64,000 bases of DNA from Setoptus koraiensis (taxonomy: Eukaryota; Animalia; Arthropoda): positions 12,524,001-12,588,000 of the forward strand of contig CM106585.1 in assembly GCA_048013815.1 (NCBI GenBank). The letters run 5' to 3'. Below are positions 22,904 to 32,658 of the stretch, in pieces; position 1 is the stretch's first letter, and each line of letters begins with the position of its first letter. Made by a program: the position numbers and the translations under genes. Under the pieces are notes generated by a model. It searched no databases and was not told the DNA's origin. It was given only the letters and a program-made list of their open reading frames with translations.

Positions 22904-23203
22904 ATGGAAAGTGACAACCAACAAAATGACAACTTAAGAATGAACCCATCATCGCCAGCCTCAGTGTCACCAGGTGAACAAATTATTAGGCTACGGGCTC
23001 GTAAAAAGATTATTAGGACATCACCCAGGAAGCATGTAAGTATCAAGGATGAATTTCAACAAATCAAGCAACTTCTACAATCACCTGTAACAACCAAATT
23101 TACTAACTTCATTGGGGACCAAGCTCACGCTCACACGAAGAATGGTGAAACCAAAAGAGACCAACAACAAGAATCTGGGCACGCTACTAAGAACTCCGAC
23201 TAA
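22904..23203 (+). CDS. Hypothetical orphan ORF (99 aa), basic and disordered
   Basis: ATG in good context (GCCATGG), coding-like composition; no recognised family. Confidence 0.35.
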   Translation: MESDNQQNDNLRMNPSSPASVSPGEQIIRLRARKKIIRTSPRKHVSIKDEFQQIKQLLQSPVTTKFTNFIGDQAHAHTKNGETKRDQQQESGHATKNSD

Positions 23204-23250
23204 AATATTACGTCTACGTCGGAACACAAGCATCAGAAGGGTCAAAGAAA

Positions 23251-23616
23251 TCATCTCTTGGAGATAACTTTTTGAATACTAATACTATTAATTTCGAACC
23301 CAACAGAGCCACCAGCACAACTGGAAAGAATTTTTTTCACGTGTTCCTTGACGTCATCGGGTATGTTTGGATTGTTGTCCATAATTTCTGGGTTAGCAGC
23401 GCACGAAACTACCTGCCGAAAGAAGGTTAGTGGATGTTGTTGCATAGCATGACAATCGCCAATGTTTGCTCGAATTACACTCTTGAATGTTTTTTCCGCT
23501 CCGTTCTGGAGCTCTTTCGCCAACTCCACGGCTCTGATGACCAATTGTCCCCGAACAGCATATTCCAGATTGCGAACATTTTGATTGATATTGTCAGGAC
23601 ATAATATTGGTGCCAT
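23251..23616 (-). pseudogene. GPT: Alanine aminotransferase 5' fragment, truncated after GGSVG
   Basis: NINQNVRNLEYAVRGQLVIRA, VIRANIGDCHAMQQHPLTFFRQV, NIPDDVKEHVKKILSSCAGGSVG, then unrelated sequence and a stop. No downstream ALT exons seen. Confidence 0.75.
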
Positions 23617-24425
23617 TTTTGAGGATGAGATTAATTGCACTTGAATTTATACCCGGACTATTTTTTATCTTTCCAAATCTAATTTCCAAATGCAATTTGA
23701 GTTTCTGGGGCAGTCACTGAATAGAATTTGAGATTATGATTAATGTTGAGATTACACTCCAATGAATGTTGCTAAAGACGGATATTAGAATAGAGTCGCA
23801 ATTTTTTAGTTTTCTGCCCACAACAGTCATAATAAATAAGCCCTTAGAAAGGAGAGTTCGAGCTTTTTGTAACATTCACAAGAGAAAAACATTCTACTAA
23901 TGTATTTTAATATTCCTCAAAAAGAGGACAATAAAATCCTCATCATATCAATCTGCAAAGACTACATTGGACCATCAAGACTTCGTGATTCCTACAACTT
24001 TTGTTACAGCATACCAGGTACGTTAGGACGCAACATTACGTCAGAACCACTTACACTTCATAGAAGGCGCGTCGAGTCATTTTCAAAATGTGACGGAGCA
24101 TGACAGCAAACATGTGATATGCTCTCACAAGTTAGTTGTTCTAGAAATTACACCTTTCATGTATGGTTATAATGCATTGTAAGTGTGAATTCATTGCAAT
24201 AAAGAATTTCTCCTAAATATATTCTATCGATCATCTGTGGCCGGCCTAATACAAGTTCTAACTCTTCAGTACAAAGTCCGTACTATGTCATTGGCTTTGC
24301 TTACCAGAAACCATACTAGATTAATTAAATTAGTCGATCTGACCAGACACAACACAAACAACGGATTATATTTGAACAAGTTAAATCATAATAGATTCGT
24401 CTCCTTGAACAACAAATCAAACAAG

Positions 24426-25085
24426 ATGCCGTCGGCTCTACTATTGGTAGCGAATGGAAGCGAGGAGATGGAGGCAGTAATCACGGCCGACGTGCTTCGC
24501 CGAGGAAAAATTCATCTGACAGTAGCAGGTTTGAACTCATCTGATCCAGTTAAGTGTAGTCAGGGCGTGACAATTGTGCCCGATACTTCATTTGATGAGG
24601 CACTAAAACAGGACTATGACGTAGTGATATTGCCAGGTGGATTAGCAGGGTCAGAAGCTTTCTGTGCGGTAAGTAAATGACAAGAAAAAAGAAGATATTC
24701 ATCAAGATTCCTTCGGTTATTGTCTTATGTAGTTTAGCAATATGCTCTCATGTTCCTGTTTGTCAATTAGAGCTCTAAGGTTGGCGATCTACTCAGGAAA
24801 CAAGAAAAGGATGGCAAGTATCTGGCTGCTATCTGCGCAGCACCAACTGCATTCAAAGTGCACGGTATCGGTAAAGGCAAATCCATCACGTCATACCCGT
24901 CGATGGCAGAAAGATTCAGAGGCTCAGACTACAAGTATGTCAGTGATCAGGCAGTAGTTGTCGACGGCAAATTAATAACAAGCCGTGGACCAGGCACGGC
25001 CTTCGCTTTTGGACTCAAACTTGTAGAGCTATTGGAGAGCCCAAACACTTCAGAGGAGATCAAAAAGGCCATGCTGGTACAGTAG
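24426..25085 (+). CDS. PARK7: DJ-1/PARK7, 2 exons (24426-24668, 24771-25085); upstream in-frame ATG at 24285
   Basis: ALLLVANGSEEMEAVITADVLRRG, DYDVVILPGG, nucleophile elbow AAICAAP, ITSRGPGTAFAFGL. Confidence 0.95.
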
Positions 25086-25261
25086 ACCTAGCAATCAATA
25101 TTGGAGGTATGTTTGAACCAGTGCCGACTCTTACGATCTTACCGATCATTAGAGTGAAGGAAAGCATAGCTGGCTCTGTTGATCAATAAAGAGGTATTCA
25201 AAACGAAGTGCCTGAAACGGATGTCTATGGACTAGTCGAGGGGTGCACTTTATTGAAACTA

Positions 25262-25867
25262 TCATCTTTCACTAGAGCTGCCATCTACCGGTTCACTTCG
25301 ACCCGTCAAAAAAAGGTTCTCTAGCATCTTGAGGTCTCTTTCGTTGTTTAGTTTACTTTGAGAATTGAAATTGTCTATTAATTTTTGACCAAATAATTTG
25401 TATGTTGCAAAAGCAAACATGCTAAAGCCGGCCACAGAGTAGACAGTTGCCCTAAGCAAGGCTTTTCTGGCTAGTGCTGAACCGGCCTCATACAAGACAG
25501 CGGCCTCCGAGGGGGGAACATTGGGATCTAGAGATTTCTTGAATTTGTTAACAGTTCTGGAAAAACCAAATAAAATAGAACCGCCAGCTAGCGTGCCAAA
25601 ATATATTATCTTCAAACAACTGGCTGAAACATCTGATATATTGTTATTGTGTGGCTGTTGTGCTGACGATGTTAAATGGTTAGAATTATCACTATCTCTA
25701 TTGTTGTGATTATTATTGTCTAATAAATTTTGTTCTGGAACGGTGGCGTCCAACGTGGATTCATTATTGGCCCTCTGAAGTGACGAGATACCAGGTTGGT
25801 TGTTAACTGTCATAGTTACGCCAGGAAGCCTAGAGTTGTCCGTTGGTTGTGTATTTCTGGTAGGCAT
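25262..25867 (-). CDS. Chimera B: GW182 N-terminal ~78 aa (25867-25633) fused in frame to a TMEM242-like protein (25632-25262)
   Basis: MPTRNTQPTDNS...NNNISD is paralogous to the GW182 start at 29519. It continues FGTLAGGSILFGFSRTVNKFKK...EAGSALARKALLRATVYSVAGFSMFAFATYKLFG, the TMEM242/DUF1358 signature. Confidence 0.82.
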   Translation of the reverse strand: MPTRNTQPTDNSRLPGVTMTVNNQPGISSLQRANNESTLDATVPEQNLLDNNNHNNRDSDNSNHLTSSAQQPHNNNISDVSASCLKIIYFGTLAGGSILFGFSRTVNKFKKSLDPNVPPSEAAVLYEAGSALARKALLRATVYSVAGFSMFAFATYKLFGQKLIDNFNSQSKLNNERDLKMLENLFLTGRSEPVDGSSSER

Positions 25868-25990
25868 ACGTATATTTAAATATATAAATACACAAAAACT
25901 CACTCAATATAGCATGCAGCGAGAGTTCTTTCACTGTGAGTGTTTGTGTCCATTTTTGTCATGTACACATTCTCACACCAGCCTTGGAGG

Positions 25991-26036
25991 TAGGGGGACG
26001 CAGCGCGGTCGCGCTTTTCATCGTTGCGCGCTGCTA
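25991..26036. mobile_element. 46-bp internally deleted MITE relic flanked by a perfect 8-bp TSD (CTTGGAGG)
   Basis: CTTGGAGG[TAGGGGGACGCAGCGCG...CGCGCTGCTA]CTTGGAGG. Same insertion site as the 276-bp element at 28938 in the paralogous arm. Confidence 0.75.
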
Positions 26037-26180
26037 CTTGGAGGTGATGTGAGAAGCGCACTCGGCACTGGTGCGCCGAGTGTGCGCTACGTCCACCCCA
26101 GTTCAGACAATTGAAAGCCCAGACGCACCATACAACATTCTGCATGGTAGAAATGTGATGAGAGACACAACCAGCCTGTA

Positions 26181-26558
26181 TAGGGTGTCTGAAGCTAATA
26201 GTCAAGTTCTCTACTGATTATGCTACGCTGCCTTCCACGGTGCATTTTATGCACACAAACACTGCGCGCTGCTTCCAATGTGCACCGATGTTTTATGGAA
26301 TATCCAACAGAGGCGCTGCTCACATTTTGTTCAACAAACAATTCAGTGCAGCACCACTCTCGCGGACCTTTTGTAAACTAATGTAGGTGCATCAGAAAAA
26401 CCTGTGCTTGTTTAAATCGCACAGTTCGTGCGTTAGCAAGAATTTGAGCGTGTTTCGCGCCACAGTATAACAGAGGCACATAATACCACTTTACACTCTG
26501 TGAACTAACGTGCTGCACATGTGCTTTTGGACCTTGACTATTTGCTCCTGACACCTTA
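26181..26558. mobile_element. ~378-bp TIR element (MITE) present only in the left arm
   Basis: Ends TAGGGTGTCTGAAGC / revcomp TAAGGTGTCAGGAGC (12/15 match). The paralogous empty site reads (revcomp of 28372-28400) CCAGCCTGTA-CCATAATC. Possible TA/TG TSD, so Tc1/mariner-like, but superfamily uncertain. Confidence 0.65.
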
Positions 26559-26717
26559 TGCCATAATCATGTGTGTGCTCTGAAACTGATGCGCCAATGC
26601 AACGCATCGATTTTGTTTTTGTGGCTGGCCTGGCGTGAATACTTCAGTAGATGTCAAAGCTTATTTTAGTTTTTGGCTTAATTCAATCACATTCGCGAAC
26701 ACTTCAATTGTTACAAA

Positions 26718-27056
26718 ATGTCTGACAATATGGACACCCACATTAACCAAGACTCAGGTGTCGAGAACGATCTTGGTGATTTTATTCAACATCTAGAGAA
26801 CTATAACCCAGCCATACCTGATATTGTTGTGCATCATTATTTAAACCTGAAAACAAACGACAAACGAGTAGCCAGACTGATAGCTACAGCTGCTCAGAAA
26901 TTTATAGCCGACATTGTGTCGGACTCTCTTCAGCATTGTAAGCTTAGGGATCAAACAAAGAAGAAGGACAAACGTTACGTGCTTACAAAAGAGGACCTCT
27001 CGGCCGCTTTACAGGATCACGGTATATGCATTAAGAGGCCAGACTATTTTAATTAA
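26718..27056 (+). CDS. TAF10: TFIID subunit TAF10, intronless
   Basis: LGDFIQHLENYNPAIPDIVVHHYL...RVARLIATAAQKFIADIVSDSLQHCK...YVLTKEDLSAALQDHGICIKRPDYF. Confidence 0.94.
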   Translation: MSDNMDTHINQDSGVENDLGDFIQHLENYNPAIPDIVVHHYLNLKTNDKRVARLIATAAQKFIADIVSDSLQHCKLRDQTKKKDKRYVLTKEDLSAALQDHGICIKRPDYFN

Positions 27057-27096
27057 ACCTTAATAAATTTCCATGCAAAACAAAGTTAGTTAGCGA

Positions 27097-27997
27097 TTAT
27101 TCATTCTTAAACTGAGGTGGACGCTTCTCAACGAATGCTGTCATTCCTTCCTTTTGGTCGGCCTACGAACATATACAGAAGATAATATTTAGATTAGGTT
27201 TTACTAGCTGAACTGATGGAACATTTTCAACTTCATAGTCTACATAACTTGTTACTTACTGTTGCGAATGTAGCGTGGAAGAGCCTCTTCTCTGTCTTGA
27301 GACCTTGATTCAATGTCGTCTCATAGGAATAGTTGACTGATTCTTTGCACATGGCAACAATCAATTTAGAATGCGAAGAAATCTTGTTGCCCAATTTGAC
27401 TGCCTCCTCTACTGTTTGCTCTGGAGGGAAAACTTTACTAACTAGTCCCCAAGCCTCGGCTTGCTTGGCGTCGATAGGTGCTCCGCCTAGGCACATTTCC
27501 ATAGCGCGTGACTTACCTATTGCTTTAGTTAGGCGCTGAGTACCACCGGCACCAGGAATAGTTCCAATGGTGATTTCTGGCTGTCCAAATTTGGCATTCT
27601 CACCGGCATAGATAATGTCGCACATCATGGCTAGCTCACATCCACCGCCTAGGGCATAACCATTGACTGCAGCTATGATGGGTTTGGTAGTTCTAGAAAC
27701 TCTATCCCAAGCGGACAGGAAATTTTGTTGAAAATTTTCCCCAAAAGTTTTGTGTTGCATCTCTTTAATGTCTGCACCAGCAGCAAACGCTTTGTGAGAT
27801 CCCGTCAAAACCAAGGCACCGATGTCTGGACTCTTTTCTGCTTCATCAATAACTTGTGACAGTTCGTTCATTAATTGATCGCATAGAGCATTCAAAGCAT
27901 TTTTTCTATTCAATGTGATCAATCCTACGTTTTGTCTGACTTGATAGAGGACTAAAGGTCCGGCTGATGAGTAGGCTCTTTTGAATACTCTAAACAT
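27097..27997 (-). CDS. ECHS1: Mitochondrial enoyl-CoA hydratase, 2 exons (27997-27260, 27162-27097)
   Basis: [55 protein letters not shown]. Last exon [21 protein letters not shown]; [11 protein letters not shown] presequence. Confidence 0.95.
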
Positions 27998-28460
27998 TGT
28001 TATTCGTTCAACTGAATATGATGGCCAAGTTATCCGTGGACAATTTGGAGAGCAATTGGTTAGACAATTTATTAATACTTGAAATACTTGAAATACCTGA
28101 AATGACAAGGAGAGTTTAGAAACCTGTAGCGTGAGATCGATTGAGCAATCGAAAATCAAATCAACAAGAAAAAGAGAAGAAAAACGCAACATTTGTCGAG
28201 ACACCTCAGCTTTAATTGGTGCATTTTTAGGCTGACGCTAACACCCCTCGCGTCTTTTTCTTGAACTACGGCCAAAGGCATCGGCAGATTTCCACACGGT
28301 ACACTATAGTGTTCACGCCAGGCCAGCCACACAAAAAGTTCCATGCGTTGCATTGGCGCATCAGTTACAGAGCAGACACATGATTATGGTACAGGCTGGT
28401 TCGCATTGCTACAACATACAGAATGTTGTATGGTGTGTCCGGGCTTTCAATTGTCTGAGC

Positions 28461-28549
28461 TAAAGTGGACGCACATTATCGCACAAAGCGCACACCGTAT
28501 GATGTGCGCTTTCCGTCGTTGTGCGGCAGTGTGCGCCGCGTCCACTCCA
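28461..28549. mobile_element. Degenerate short MITE/hairpin of the TAGGGTGGACGC family
   Basis: AGTGGACGC...GCGTCCACT termini with internal AAAGCGCAC/GTGCGCTTT palindromic pair; no clear TSD. Confidence 0.5.
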
Positions 28550-28610
28550 CTGTGGACTATAGCAGCCAATCAGAGTTTATAAAGTAGCAAGCTGCAGCAC
28601 GCACACACAG

Positions 28611-28904
28611 TACGGATATCTGTGACGGATATCCGCACCGTTTAGAACGGCTGGCCCAGCCCACATCCGTCCGCGGATGATCCGTGCCCGCGCTGAAACA
28701 CACAAATCCGTCCGTGGATTATCCATGGATATTTTGATATACGTGGATATTTCTCTCGTTAACGGATATTCACGGATTTTCGTGGAATTATGAGATTCTG
28801 CAATCCGTCCACGGATTATCCGAGCCAAATTTTTTTCGAAGCGATCCGCACCGAATCCGTACGGTGCGGATATCCGCGCCCACGGATATCCAATCGCATC
28901 TCCA
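28611..28904. mobile_element. hAT-like MITE (294 bp) with CGGATATCC subterminal repeats and 8-bp TSD ACACACAG
   Basis: ACACACAG at 28603-28610 and 28905-28912. Imperfect ~30-bp inverted ends (GGATATC...CGGATATCCGCACCGT) and many internal ATCCG/CGGAT motifs. Confidence 0.75.
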
Positions 28905-28937
28905 ACACACAGTAAAGCGAAAACCATCACCTCCGAG

Positions 28938-29213
28938 TAGGATGGACGCAGCGCACACTCAGCGCACAGGGCCCTGTGCGCTTTCGTGTGATCTCGGCGC
29001 TTTCGGTGTACGCCGAGATTGGTGAAATTGCCCGTGCGGTCAAAAAGGTGGGCAGGGCCCGCCATGCAGTTTCGATGCATGTGTGAGCTCCCGCACTGGC
29101 TGCGGAGGGCGTGTCTGGCGTACGCCGAAAGCGCACAGATGCCCCGAAAAGCGCCGAGAGCGCACGAAAGCGCACAAGGCCCTGTGCGCTGAGTGTGCGC
29201 TGCGTCCACCCTA
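28938..29213. mobile_element. hAT-like MITE (276 bp) with ~70-bp TIRs and 8-bp TSD CCTCCGAG/CCTCCAAG
   Basis: Left TAGGATGGACGCAGCGCACACTCAGCGCACAGGGCCCTGTGCGCTTTCGTG matches the reverse complement of the right end. TAGGG-type terminus and 8-bp TSD are typical of hAT elements. Confidence 0.85.
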
Positions 29214-29446
29214 CCTCCAAGGCTGGTGTGAGAATGTGTACATGACAAAAATGGACACAAACACTCACAGTGAAAGAACTCTCGCTGCATGCTATATTGA
29301 GTGAGTTTTTGTGTAGAATTTTCTCCTTTTCCTCTCGATTTCCCTCCTAAATAAGCTATCATATCCAGAAACAACAACGATAATCGTATTATTATCATCA
29401 GCAGCACCTATCTTGCTATCTATATCACTTTACATTTAGATATATT

Positions 29447-29515
29447 CTTTATATATATATATATATACATATATACATATTTAAATATATATATATATAT
29501 ATATATTTAAATATA
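29447..29515. repeat. Interrupted (TA)n microsatellite immediately upstream of the GW182 ATG
   Basis: TATATATATATATATACATATATACATATTTAAATATATATATATATATATATTTAAATATA. Confidence 0.85.
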
Positions 29516-29518
29516 CGT

Positions 29519-32500
29519 ATGCCTACCAAAAATACACAACCAATGGACAACTCTATGCAAGGAAGCATAACTATGACAGTTAACAACCAACCTGATAGCT
29601 CGTCACTTCAGACGGCCAATAATGAATCTACATTGGACGCCACAGATCCAGAACAAAATTTATTAGACAATAATAATCACAACAATGGAGATAGTGATAA
29701 TTCTAACCATTTAACATCGTCATCACAACAGCCACAAAATAACAATATATCAGAATCGTCAACAAATCAACAGAGTGATTCGCCAAAACGCAATCCATTT
29801 GAGGATCTATTCTCGACAGAGCCATGGGGTAGGACCATTATTCAACAAGATACTCCGTGGGAGCTTCCTCCGTCACCTTCGCAGGCGACAGGTACTAGTA
29901 ACTCAAGCATCTCAACATCATCTAATGGCAATCAAGTTGTATCAATTAATTCGGCTGCAACCAGTGTTGCCGCTGTGATAGCTTCCAACAATTTAACTTC
30001 TAATGGTTGTGAGGTGTGGAAAAATTCTGGTAATGACAATAACAATCAAAATTTGAACCATCATAATAACCATATGCACCATAATAATAGTTCAAGCTCG
30101 TCCGTTGTTACTTTAGACCCATTGACACGTTTTACTTCTATATTAGACTATGATTTCTCAGCTCAGCAACCACCAAATCATGCCGCCCAAGGTAGACTCA
30201 ATCAACAATCAGCACATCATTTGCATGCATCTATGATACGACAACCCCATGCTCCCAATAACATGGCGAATTTCGCACAAGCACAAATGAAACCTCGCCC
30301 TGCTACCGCATGGAATGGCGCAGCATCTTCGATATTATCCTCAACGACTATCAGTGATGATATAGACCCTAATAAAATGTGGTCAGGCCTACCTGATGGA
30401 GGTGACCAACCACAAAATCACCTTATAGCTTCAGGACACCATCTCAATAATGGTTTAAATTCTGGTAACAACAATCTGCGTCAACCGCAACCTACAAGCA
30501 ACATACCCTCATCTTGGGTTAGGCCAGACAAAACGAATTTGGTCTCAAATGCTGGTTCGATGGGAGTGAATCAGAATACCATGTGGGACAGTACGGGACC
30601 TCACAATAATAAGCAATGGATGAGCTCTAACCCGTCTGGTGGTTGGACAGAGGCTGACAGCCTAGTAGGCAATGCTGCTTCAATGATTGCTGCCATGTCA
30701 GCAGGTATGAACACTAACAATCTAAGACCATCTGGTATGCCAATGCGGCCCACTAACACATTAGTTCAAGGACAAGACTGTGCTTTTGCATCAAATTCCT
30801 GGGCATCAGCTGTGAACAAATCTCCTCCAGCAGGAAACTACGATTCCTCCGGGGGTGGCATCGGTACCTGGTCACCAGTCTCTAGTGGTGGCAATAAACC
30901 TGGATCTAGATGGGACGCAGATGGATCTGAGAACGGAAAAGGTGATATGGGAAGATTTGATGATGGCACGGCTATTTGGGGAAGTCCTGCACAAACTAAA
31001 GTTAGTGGTGTTGATTGGGTCGAGAAAACTGGCGATCCCAATGGTGGTAGTAACGACAAAACCCGCTCGATGGGAAATAGTCACAACACACAAGCATTTC
31101 GTCCCCAGCAACCTTCATCATCTGCTAGTCTACTTATGTCATCTGCTACTAGTCCTTCAAATCAGCAGGTTCGCAGCCAGCAAGTTCTGAAACAACCCTT
31201 AATATCTCAAAATGTAAGTAAATCAATAGTGGAACTGCTCACTCATGTTGAAGTTGAGAATATTCGATCAATTCATTCTAATGACAAACTTTTCTATCTT
31301 GCCTTCTAGTTTGATCAAGTGCATCAACCATCCAATGCCCTATCAAGCCAACCATCAAATCAGCCAAATCGAATTCTCGGATTGTCGTCTAACGTTCCTT
31401 CCACACAGCAATTGAAGCATATGGTTCAACAGATCCAGATCGCGGTCCAAGCTGGACATCTCAATGCTCAGGTAAGTGGATTTTTGTCGCTTTTGAATTT
31501 AACGTGCACAAGTTCCCGAACTAATTTCTTTTATTCTTTCTTTTCACGATCCCTCTCATAGATACTAAATCAGCCTTTAGCACCTATAACATTGCAGCTC
31601 CTGTATCAACTGTTGCAACAAATCAAAGTTTTACACCAGCTGCAATTGCAAGCATCTCAACAGTACAATAAATCCGGCAATCATCCTGCGGCGTCAATAA
31701 ATGTACAAATAACTAAGACCAAACAGACTATACTAAATTTACAAAATCAAATTGCTGCTCAACAGGCAGTATTTTTGAAGCAAACTCAGACACACAACAT
31801 TTCATCGCAACAACCATCGATACCAACCATTGCTGCTGGTGGCGTTGGTGGTATCGGTGGGCCAACCCTACCTCCAGGTATCTCTCAATCAGGTGATAAC
31901 TTCCGGACAAGTACTGCAAGTGATATTCACAATCAAGTTATTATGAATAATGCATCAGGCCTTGACGGTTTTGGTACAAATGGCCTAACAAATAATTTGA
32001 ATAACATGAGCATTGGTGGAGGTGCCATGGCCAACTCGCGCTTCGATCAACCATGGAGAGCACCTGCTACTCAACAGCAAACCATTGCTTCTTCATCATT
32101 CTCTAACAATAATTTAATTAACAATTCAAACAATATGCAAAAATCAATTCTGAATAGTGGTGGAAATGGTGGTAATAACTCTCTAGGCAACTCACCCTTC
32201 GTAAGTGTGCCCCCAAGTAATGAATTTGCACGAGCACCGGGACCAGGATCGTCTATGATGGATAGCAAACCATTCGCCATGGGAAATCGTTCCTCTGCAT
32301 GGTCCGCATTCGGAGCAAGTGAATCAGAGCCTGAATGGCCAAACACAACAACTAGCGGAATCTCTGCAAACAACTCATCTCAGCGTAAGTATTAGAGAAA
32401 AGAATGGACCGTATGTCAACTTTATCTGCGAATATATTATGTTTAAATTTGTTTTGTACTATAACACCTTGATTTTACTTGCTTCTCATCATAGCACCGA

Positions 32501-32658
32501 CGAACGCATTTGACTTAGTCCCCGAATTCGAACCAGGAAAGCCATGGAGAGGCACTATGCTAATGAAAAGCATCGAGGATGATCCAACTATGACACCAGG
32601 GAGCGTGGCTAGATCCTTGGCACCTCAAAGAAAAACGATATGGTCCGATGAATTATGA
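29519..32658 (+). CDS. TNRC6: GW182/TNRC6 (Gawky), 4 exons (29519-31213, 31310-31471, 31562-32384, 32495-32658); ends just after PAM2
   Basis: Motif I (STEPWGRTIIQQDTPWELPPSP), scattered GW/W motifs, motif II (FDDGTAIWG), Q-rich region (MVQQIQIAVQAGHLNAQILNQPLAPITLQLLYQLLQQI), PAM2 block (VPEFEPGKPWRG...SIEDDPTMTPGSVARS). Splice phases are consistent. Confidence 0.9.

Larger units (their letters stand above)
25633..26640 (-). repeat. Left arm of an inverted segmental duplication (partner 28310-29750): GW182 upstream region plus 5' CDS
   Basis: Collinear reverse-complement matches: 26560-26640 to 28310-28390, 26100-26160 to 28400-28460, 25890-25990 to 29214-29315, 25633-25885 to 29500-29750, with internal indels. 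Confidence 0.9.
28310..29750 (+). repeat. Right arm of the inverted duplication (GW182 upstream region and 5' CDS)
   Basis: See left arm 25633-26640; 29529-29961 also matches chimera A (21425-21858) in reverse complement. Confidence 0.9.

Noticed and set aside
23930-24010. Minus-strand WSNVVFAD* resembling the first Asp motif of Tc1 transposases
   Set aside because: Only about 8 residues, flanked by stops, with no further DDE motifs or TIRs.
24136-24146. GTTCTAGAAA heat-shock-element-like site upstream of DJ-1
   Set aside because: Only two nGAAn units; common by chance in AT-rich DNA.
28461-29213. Repeated GCGCAC/GTGCGC and CGGATATCC motifs considered as a CRISPR-like array
   Set aside because: Eukaryotic context with inverted rather than direct regularly spaced repeats; explained by MITE TIRs and subterminal motifs.
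28577-29407. 276-aa minus ORF and overlapping ORFs at 25800-26205 and 28927-29304
   Set aside because: They run through GC-rich MITE palindromes; no transposase or other domain is recognisable.
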